Positions 55,913-62,578 of a DNA stretch of 64,000 bases are shown here, piece by piece. Position 1 is the first letter of the stretch; each line of letters begins with the position of its first letter. The position numbers and the translations under genes are program-made. Under the pieces are notes generated by a model. It saw nothing but the letters and a program-made list of their open reading frames with translations. It made no database searches and had not been told where the DNA came from. The DNA lies in contig DBXK01000041.1 in assembly GCA_002309375.1 (NCBI GenBank), forward strand, positions 2,001 through 66,000. Reading direction: 5' to 3'. The DNA comes from Christensenella sp. UBA1214. GTDB taxonomy: Bacteria; Bacillota; Clostridia; Christensenellales; CAG-138.

Positions 55913-56014
55913 TGGCGTACCTGCCGGGATTCGAACCCGGGACCTACAGAGTCGGAGCAGCTTGTTCTGCTTAGCTCAAAAGCCCAGATATTGCTTGATT
56001 TTTCAAGCAGGTAC
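55913..56014 (-). ncRNA. tRNA-Arg(CCG)-derived element. The 3' 45 nt (55913-55957) are canonical; D arm and 5' anticodon stem are replaced
   Basis: Minus strand 55957->55913 reads CTCCGAC TCTGT AGGTC CCGGG TTCGAAT CCCGG CAGGTAC G CCA. GTACCTGC at 56014-56007 is perfectly complementary (8 bp) to the 3' acceptor strand. The 50 nt in between form two unrelated hairpins. Confidence 0.5.
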
Positions 56015-56053
56015 TGGTTTTTTGAAGCTCCGCGGCAGTGCTTCATTATCCGC

Positions 56054-56082
56054 ATTATCCGCGATATCAACATTAGTCTCAA
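56054..56082 (-). promoter_or_regulatory. Candidate promoter TTGAGA-17-GATAAT for the tRNA-like element
   Basis: The minus strand reads TTGAGA ctaatgttgatatcgcg GATAAT. GCGGATAAT is tandemly duplicated. The -10 lies about 40 nt upstream of the GTACCTG 5' end. Confidence 0.35.
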
Positions 56083-56465
56083 GAGTTGTGTAGCATAAAT
56101 GTAGTATCTGCAAGAACTGCCTATGGATATCGTCACATCATTATCGCAAACTATCTATACTTCTTTCGGCTAATGCCATCATAAGCTATGATTCGAGTTG
56201 TTGTACTGAAAAGACTTTTGATAATTAACGCATATTGACTCTTTCGAGTATTATTCTTGATTTAGCAGCATTATGGAATAAGCGAAGGGTTTGGCTTTAT
56301 TTCACTTGCGGTCATTGCTGTGCTATGATGGTTTTGCCTGACAATAGTAAACGCCGAAATATATTTTCAATTATTTGTCCCCTTTTGACATTCCGGATTG
56401 TTAATGTATACAAAGGGGAAAGACAGACATCCAACATCGGAGGTGAACACAGGGGGTCTGCTTCG

Positions 56466-56494
56466 TTGACAATTGCCGTTTGAACTGCTATAGT
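56466..56494 (+). promoter_or_regulatory. Near-consensus promoter TTGACA-17-TATAGT
   Basis: TTGACA attgccgtttgaactgc TATAGT lies about 118 nt upstream of ATG 56613. Confidence 0.6.
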
Positions 56495-56612
56495 ATTTTT
56501 GCAGTTAACAGCAGGGCCCCTCTCCGCCAACGATATCTCGGCAAAATATTATGATTGCCGGATCAATCGCCGAAAAACAACCGCAGTTTACTGTTACGAG
56601 GAGGTTTAAATC

Positions 56613-58355
56613 ATGAAAAGAATAACTGCACTGTTTCTGCTATTTGCCCTTATTCTTCCGATAACGGGCAAAATTGCCGCTGCAGAATCCGTTTGGGATT
56701 CGCAAAAAGTTGAAGAAGTCGCAACCGAATATCTGAGGGAAGCGGCCTATTCGCAGTATCTCTATGAAACCCACGATCTCGATCGTTATACGATTGAAAG
56801 CGTTCCCACAGACCAGAAAGCGATTCTTGCTGAAAAAACAGCGGGATATGCGGCGGTTCGCGAAAACCGAGAAATTGTTCCGTATCGTGAAACCGAGATA
56901 GCTACCGGCAGCCTGAACGCTTTGGTCAGCAATCTAGAGTTGAATAAAGACATGGTTGCTTTCTATGCATATCTCGGAGAAAGCAGCAATACTTCATATG
57001 ATTTCTTCACTGAATCATATGAAATACTCGAAACCGATCTGGAAGGCGACTTCGCTTTTATTGACCTTTATGAAAATTTGGATTTCAAGTACAGTGACGT
57101 GGACTTTACTTCTTCCGCATCTCCCCATTACTTTATTTCCTTGGTAAAGTTCAATGGCGAATGGTTTATCATGGCTGTTGAATCGGATGATTCGATGTAT
57201 GAGGTTTATAGAGATTCAGAATTCGATTTGCAACAGCATATCGAGAATTTTGACAACGCCCAAGATGCAGACATTGGAATTGAATTATCTGAGGAGCACG
57301 AATCACGAGATATCGAATCCTATGACGTTACGATGGATCGTTTGTATGATCGTTCAAATGCTGCAAACTACGCATTAACATATTGCAAAAAAGGCGACAT
57401 GGGAAATGGAAGTTATTCATCTTGGAAAAACGACAACTTTCATTATGGCAGCAATAATTGCATGAGATTCGTTTCACAATGTCTATGGGCTGGTTTTGGC
57501 GGAAGCAATGACACCGCAAGCATTCAGGCTTGTAAGGCAATGGATCGCCAGGACGAAAACGGCACAGACAAATTAGTCTGGTTTGGACGGAATGTGCAAT
57601 CGGGACTAACAACAGAATCTCATTCATGGATCAGCGTAAGTGTGTTTGATTTATATATTCACCATAAATACTTGGACAGTGCAGGCAATCCTCAGACAGC
57701 GAGTTCCAGTGAAGACCGTATGCGCTGCTCTACTTATGAAGTTGCTAGAACTCAAAACCAGATGCTCTCTGGAAGTTCAAATACAAACAATTATAAGTTG
57801 TTAGGTGCCGCGGGTTTGATTATAAAACCTAACCAGAGCATTTATTCCCATGCTATCCTTATAACACAGGTAAAAGACAGCAGCGGAGTGGCCACCAGAG
57901 ATACAGTTTATTTCACGGCCTACAATGGTTGTTACAAAAACTATAAGCTATCAGCTGTTTATTATAAAGGTCAGAGTTCGAATACGGGATATGAGCTTGA
58001 AGTTGTAATGCCGGGATATTTGCAGAACGGCAATCCATCAGGCGACAACTATTTCTATGGAGAGCTCATGCCTACACTCACAACCGGAAGCAGTAAGGTT
58101 GTTACTGCTAAGGCAAGAGATACGGCTTCTACAATGTGCATGTATATCTATAAACCTAATGCAAGCACAGCGAGCTATTCATTTTATGGGAGCAACTGCT
58201 CAACGCTTCAAAGCTCGTCAATAACTTTTAACCAAACCGGATTATGGAGAGTTGTGATTAGAAGCAGTAACAGCGATCCAAATCCTCTTGCCACGTACAC
58301 ATTTACCATCAGGGTTGCATCATCAACTGAAGCAGGTAATGATCCCGAACCTTAA
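56613..58355 (+). CDS. Secreted putative amidase-domain protein (Amidase_6-like cysteine hydrolase), low G+C
   Basis: GAGGAGG SD. Signal MKRITALFLLFALILPITGKIAAA. YDRSNAANYALTYC...GSNNCMRFVSQCLWAGFGG matches the remembered 'putative amidase domain' pattern (Y.R..A..YA..Y...DC.NFVSQCL.AGG). Later candidate catalytic His at SIYSHAILITQV. Confidence 0.65.
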   Translation: MKRITALFLLFALILPITGKIAAAESVWDSQKVEEVATEYLREAAYSQYLYETHDLDRYTIESVPTDQKAILAEKTAGYAAVRENREIVPYRETEIATGSLNALVSNLELNKDMVAFYAYLGESSNTSYDFFTESYEILETDLEGDFAFIDLYENLDFKYSDVDFTSSASPHYFISLVKFNGEWFIMAVESDDSMYEVYRDSEFDLQQHIENFDNAQDADIGIELSEEHESRDIESYDVTMDRLYDRSNAANYALTYCKKGDMGNGSYSSWKNDNFHYGSNNCMRFVSQCLWAGFGGSNDTASIQACKAMDRQDENGTDKLVWFGRNVQSGLTTESHSWISVSVFDLYIHHKYLDSAGNPQTASSSEDRMRCSTYEVARTQNQMLSGSSNTNNYKLLGAAGLIIKPNQSIYSHAILITQVKDSSGVATRDTVYFTAYNGCYKNYKLSAVYYKGQSSNTGYELEVVMPGYLQNGNPSGDNYFYGELMPTLTTGSSKVVTAKARDTASTMCMYIYKPNASTASYSFYGSNCSTLQSSSITFNQTGLWRVVIRSSNSDPNPLATYTFTIRVASSTEAGNDPEP

Positions 58356-58396
58356 ATGACACCCATATCTGGATATTAGCAAGGAGGAATAAAACA

Positions 58397-59383
58397 ATGA
58401 GAAGAATTTCCATTAGAGCGAGTGCGCTTATGCTCACTTTTATCCTGTTGCTGTCGGCCTGCGCCTGCGTCGGAAACGGCTCGGAGAACGGGCAGCAAAC
58501 GGCGGATAACAGCGCCGCACCGGCAACGCAGGAGCCTTCAGCCGAACCGACCGAAGCGCCGATGCCGGAACAGACCGCCGAGCCCACGCCGGAGCCTGCG
58601 GAAAAACCGACGCCGGGACCGACAGCAATGCCTTTGGACGGTCCCTCAACGGAAGAGGAGAAGCAGTATGCCGAAGCGGCATATCAGTTCATTGAGCAGA
58701 TTGGCAGGATCCATAATAAGCATTTCTCGCCGGAGAATACAACCGTCAGCGAATTCTATTGGCAGCCGGAGTTGCTTAGCGTGATTTTTCAGGCAGAAGA
58801 GCCCGGTCAGTCAATAAGAATGCTCGGCAAACCCGACGGCAACGGAGGCTATACTTTCTCAATGAAGGATATGACCATGGTAATGATCAACGATTTCCGT
58901 GAGCAGGAGTGGCTCGACTCATATTCGGAGGATATTTGGGCGGCCTATCATGAGAGTTTGGGCGAGGCACGCTTTGTCATAACGCCCGAGGATATCGCGG
59001 CGACGGGCTGCACGGCGACAGAAGGCGAGGAATATCTGCTTGCAGTCGGCCGCTGCTGGCAGCAAAAGTACGCCGAATTCTTCATGAACCTGCCCGAAAA
59101 CTATCCGGGCTATTGCTATGAAATGCTGCCGCTCGACTGCACTGTCGATCACTACTATGCGGATCAGAATAAAGTGCAGTTCGTCGCGGGCTTTGCATCC
59201 CGCCCGGCGGATCTGAGGGCAATAGCATATCTCTACTTCGAGATCGACGAGGGTGGAGGCTTTGCCGACGAAAGCTATCCGCCGGAGATCTACGGCTGGC
59301 TTGTGACCTACGGTGGCACCATACTCGAGCAGCAGGCTGACGGAAGCTGGGTCGGCACGACGAGCTGCCATAACTTCGGCTGA
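58397..59383 (+). CDS. Lipoprotein of unknown function (paralog family A, copy 1)
   Basis: AAGGAGG SD 41 nt after the amidase stop. Lipobox LLLSAC. PE/PT-rich linker. C-terminal Cys-containing domain with no family recognised. Confidence 0.7.
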   Translation: MRRISIRASALMLTFILLLSACACVGNGSENGQQTADNSAAPATQEPSAEPTEAPMPEQTAEPTPEPAEKPTPGPTAMPLDGPSTEEEKQYAEAAYQFIEQIGRIHNKHFSPENTTVSEFYWQPELLSVIFQAEEPGQSIRMLGKPDGNGGYTFSMKDMTMVMINDFREQEWLDSYSEDIWAAYHESLGEARFVITPEDIAATGCTATEGEEYLLAVGRCWQQKYAEFFMNLPENYPGYCYEMLPLDCTVDHYYADQNKVQFVAGFASRPADLRAIAYLYFEIDEGGGFADESYPPEIYGWLVTYGGTILEQQADGSWVGTTSCHNFG

Positions 59384-59456
59384 TTAGCCAAGGCCTGCGG
59401 CGAGCTCGGCATGAAGACTGGCAAGGACTTTATTGAGCATCGATATGCGCTTTGAA

Positions 59457-59495
59457 CAAATGCGCCGCCTCAAGGCGGCGCATTTGTTGTTTTCA
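59457..59495 (+). terminator. Rho-independent terminator
   Basis: CAAATGCGCCGCC-tcaa-GGCGGCGCATTTG followed by TTGTTTTC. Confidence 0.8.
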
Positions 59496-60130
59496 AAAAG
59501 CGTTGGTTCCTGATACCTTTGATTGACTCTTTTATGATACCATAGATGAATCCTTCCTTAAAAGGAAAATACACTTTGCTTGCAGAAAAAACGGCACATG
59601 CTCCTCATCTATCGGCTTTGGTATCGAGGACGGTAAGCCCTATAATACTGTTTGCGCAGGCGGTTGCGGCGGCACCCCCAAGCACCTGTAAGTCTGCTCG
59701 AAAATCTAGATGTTGTTTCCACGCTTGAACAGCTATCCGATGCCACTTACAGCTTGAAAGATACCTGCTGAGGTGAGTTGCCTGCAATGGCTATGCGCAA
59801 GGTGTTGTAAAAAAAGTCTATGCTAATCACCGCTATTAAAACAAAAACAGGTAGACTCTTATATTCGCGGAAGGAGAGGCGTAAGGTGCGAAGCATGGCT
59901 TCACCTCATCGAAGAAGAGCACCTAGTTTTGGCTCGTTTTCCTCCAATATAAGGCCTGAATAAGTCGTTGCAGAGTAAGACTCAACGCACGGAAGAGCTT
60001 CCTTTTCATCACCTGCGTCGTTCTGGAGACGGTTTACAATACTAAGATGCCTCAATGCATCAGTGCCGCTATCGGAGATATTGCCTACGATCCGGAGACA
60101 TAACAACATTATCAGAGAGGAGTGTTCAAA

Positions 60131-61075
60131 ATGAAAAGTATCAAAACAACATCTATCACCGTCGCGGTATCGATCCTTCTTTCGCTTCTGATGATCGCGG
60201 CTGTCGCAGCCTGCAGCGCAGTGCGAGAGGAACCGACTCCCGCGCCTGACGATCAGCAAGCGCAGGCGACCACGGAACCGACCGAAGCGCCGACGGCCGA
60301 GCCGACAGCCGAGCCGACGCAGGAGCCGGAGGAGACCCCGGATCCGCGGATCCCGGATGAGGAATGGTTTGTTGACCGATCCTGGCAGTATGCGGAGCTT
60401 GCAAATCAGACTTTCGGCTATTGCTTCTCAAAGGATCAAAGGGAAGTCGATAAAGCCGGAAGCATAAGCGATTGGTACATCGTCCGTTTCAAGACCGATG
60501 AGAATGACGAGCTGATGTGCGTTTTTGATTATTCATCGGATGACGGGGAATGGCAGCTGAACGAGCGAACTATCCGAACCGATCTGTCTGAAGAGGCGCT
60601 CGAAACGCTTTCCGGTCAGTACAGACCGTGGAATGAATGCGCAGAAGAAGTCCCCTTGACCGGCCTTGAAATTCGTGTAACTGCCGATGAGCTGGAAGCT
60701 GCAGGCTGTCATCTGAGCGGCGGCGAATTGACGGAAGAGGATCTTGCGTCAATATCCAGATACAGAGCGGAGCTGTTGGCGGCGCAGTATGTTGACTGCC
60801 CGGAGGATAATATGTTCCGGTGCTATGAAGCAGACGTATCGGAACTTGGGCCGGTAACAAGAAGCGGTGATGAGTATTTGCAAGGCTTCCTTCTGATCGT
60901 CCGCCCGGTCGAGCCGCGGTGCTTCAGCCTGCAGTACGCCGACGTGGGCTGCAATATCCTCGGCGACGAATGGGGAGAAGATGCAGGCTGGTTCAGTATT
61001 TATTTTCAGGTCAGCACCGTTGTTGAGGCTGACGGCAGCTTTACGCTGACAACTTGGTGTACAAGCGGCGATTAA
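60131..61075 (+). CDS. Lipoprotein of unknown function (paralog family A, copy 2)
   Basis: GAGAGGAG SD before ATG 60131. Lipobox AAVAAC. TEPTEAPTAEPTAEPTQEPEE linker. C-terminal domain alignable with copy 1 (VTADELEAAGC / ITPEDIAATGC; CPEDNMFRCYE / LPENYPGYCYE; EADGSFTLTTWC / QADGSWVGTTSC). Confidence 0.7.
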   Translation: MKSIKTTSITVAVSILLSLLMIAAVAACSAVREEPTPAPDDQQAQATTEPTEAPTAEPTAEPTQEPEETPDPRIPDEEWFVDRSWQYAELANQTFGYCFSKDQREVDKAGSISDWYIVRFKTDENDELMCVFDYSSDDGEWQLNERTIRTDLSEEALETLSGQYRPWNECAEEVPLTGLEIRVTADELEAAGCHLSGGELTEEDLASISRYRAELLAAQYVDCPEDNMFRCYEADVSELGPVTRSGDEYLQGFLLIVRPVEPRCFSLQYADVGCNILGDEWGEDAGWFSIYFQVSTVVEADGSFTLTTWCTSGD

Positions 61076-61122
61076 AGCCGCGCCTCGTTTCCTCCTTCAT
61101 TTTTGATCAATAACTGGCACAT

Positions 61123-61148
61123 GCGCCGCCGCAAGGCGGCGCTTTTGT
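61123..61148 (+). terminator. Rho-independent terminator, same stem core as 59457..59495
   Basis: GCGCCGCC-gcaa-GGCGGCGC followed by TTTTGTC. Confidence 0.8.
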
Positions 61149-61348
61149 CTAACCTCGCAAAAATATATTTATTTTCTTTTGTCTCCGATTGCGGTTCTCG
61201 ATTGTAATAGTATTAAAAAGCGGTAAAGCGATCTGTGAAAGGCGGTAGAAACGGAAATGAAAGATGAACTGATCTATACCGGGCGATACAGGGATCGCGA
61301 TGAGGAACTGATCGACGAGTGTCTATAGGAAAGTCTTGATAAAGAATA

Positions 61349-61370
61349 GGCTGTGCTTTGAAGCACAGCC
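61349..61370. terminator. Hairpin downstream of the minus-strand lipoprotein gene
   Basis: GGCTGTGC-tttgaa-GCACAGCC, with a weak T-tail on the minus strand. Confidence 0.5.
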
Positions 61371-61411
61371 CACAAAGACTATCTGGTATTGTGTTGATTT
61401 TGCAGCTTGTA

Positions 61412-62515
61412 TTACATAGTTATCTTCCAGACGATATATGCATCCTTAAGTGAAGCGGCAGCATAGACAGATCCATCTGCGCCGAGCTGATAGATAATAC
61501 AGGGATTCCAACGGTCGTCGTCACCATATGGTATCTCAACTTCGGATGCGATCTGGCCATCTGCAGCGATCTTCAAAAGCTTCTCGGTCTCTCCGATTTT
61601 ATTCAAATACAGATTGCCTTCCGTATCCCTTCCAATCAGAATGTAACCGATATCCGGCAGTATGAGTTCCTTGCCGTTGTTCAGCAGCAAAGTCGTTTTC
61701 GTGCCGTTCGCTTCTGGCAGCATCCGGCATATTGTCTCGCTTTTATGCCAGATCCTGTACATATCGTTGCTCAACCGATAGAACTCATATTCCTCAATGT
61801 AATTGCCTTCCCTGCCCATTGTTTCGCAGACTATAAAAGCCGGATCTCCGTTATCATAATGCTGTGCGCCTACTGCGCAGTTATACAGAAACGCCGCAAA
61901 ATTGCCTATATAGGGCGTTGTTGTATCATAAATCGTTTCTCCGGTCTCTAAGCTGAACGCTCCGATCTCTTTGAACAAAACACTGCCTAACGCCACAGTA
62001 AAATTGCTTCCGTTATGATCTATGCCATCGCATACGACCCTCCTAACAAAGCGACCGTTTTTAAAGACCTTGAGATCATAGATTGTCGGCGCGAGATGCC
62101 CGACGATTATCGTGTCGCCGTCGAGAGCGAAAATCTCAGGTCCGGTATAAAAACCGTTATCGATGCAGTAGCGAACTGCGTTGTTATCTGCGTCTTCCGG
62201 CAAATAAGGATTATTCTCTCCCGCATAACAGGGCACAAGCCTCAACACTTCTTCAGCACATTTATCAAAACACAATACAACCGTGACCGGCTCTGCGGTC
62301 TGCACCGTCGTCGGCTCAGCTGTCGCATCAACGACCGGTTCGATCGTAGGGTTTGGTGTAGTTGATTCCGCTACAACGGAATCTGCGGTCGGTCCCTCAT
62401 GAGCGACTTCCGTAGGTGCTGATGAAGCATTTACACCGATACCGGCAGTGTCTTTGCATGCTGTAATTGAGCAAAGAAACGCTATCAGTATGAAAAGAGC
62501 GATGGTTCGTCTCAT
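61412..62515 (-). CDS. Lipoprotein of unknown function, low G+C
   Basis: Lipobox LCSITAC and a Thr/Pro/Glu linker. The beta-rich C-terminal part has DGxxY-type strands (TEGNLYLNKIG, GADGSVYAAAS). Confidence 0.65.
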   Translation of the reverse strand: MRRTIALFILIAFLCSITACKDTAGIGVNASSAPTEVAHEGPTADSVVAESTTPNPTIEPVVDATAEPTTVQTAEPVTVVLCFDKCAEEVLRLVPCYAGENNPYLPEDADNNAVRYCIDNGFYTGPEIFALDGDTIIVGHLAPTIYDLKVFKNGRFVRRVVCDGIDHNGSNFTVALGSVLFKEIGAFSLETGETIYDTTTPYIGNFAAFLYNCAVGAQHYDNGDPAFIVCETMGREGNYIEEYEFYRLSNDMYRIWHKSETICRMLPEANGTKTTLLLNNGKELILPDIGYILIGRDTEGNLYLNKIGETEKLLKIAADGQIASEVEIPYGDDDRWNPCIIYQLGADGSVYAAASLKDAYIVWKITM

Positions 62516-62578
62516 ATAGAACTCCTTTCATAAATTAAGTAATGTAATTAACAGGTCTTGTTGCTCTAAAGCACGCAA

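Noticed and set aside
55913-56014. tRNA-Sec or tRNA-Pyl (suppressor tRNA) interpretation of the ~100-nt tRNA-like element
   Set aside because: The length, the G discriminator and the 4-nt-loop hairpin were suggestive. However, no UCA or CUA sits in a 7-nt anticodon loop, and acceptor plus T stems total 12 bp rather than 13. The only canonical anticodon loop reads CCG (Arg) and lacks its 5' stem strand.
55693-56136. Small ORFs 55693..55974 (+), 55861..56136 (-) and 55904..56098 (+)
   Set aside because: They overlap the direct repeats, the terminator hairpin and the tRNA-derived sequence. They have no SD, and some use atypical starts.
56235-56530. ORFs 56235..56483 (+) and 56312..56530 (-) upstream of the amidase gene
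   Set aside because: They sit in AT-rich DNA where ORFs of this size arise by chance, they have no SD, and they overlap the predicted promoter.
59906-60259. 117-aa minus-strand ORF overlapping the start of the second lipoprotein gene
   Set aside because: It overlaps a gene with a clear SD, lipobox and paralog support, and it has no signals of its own.
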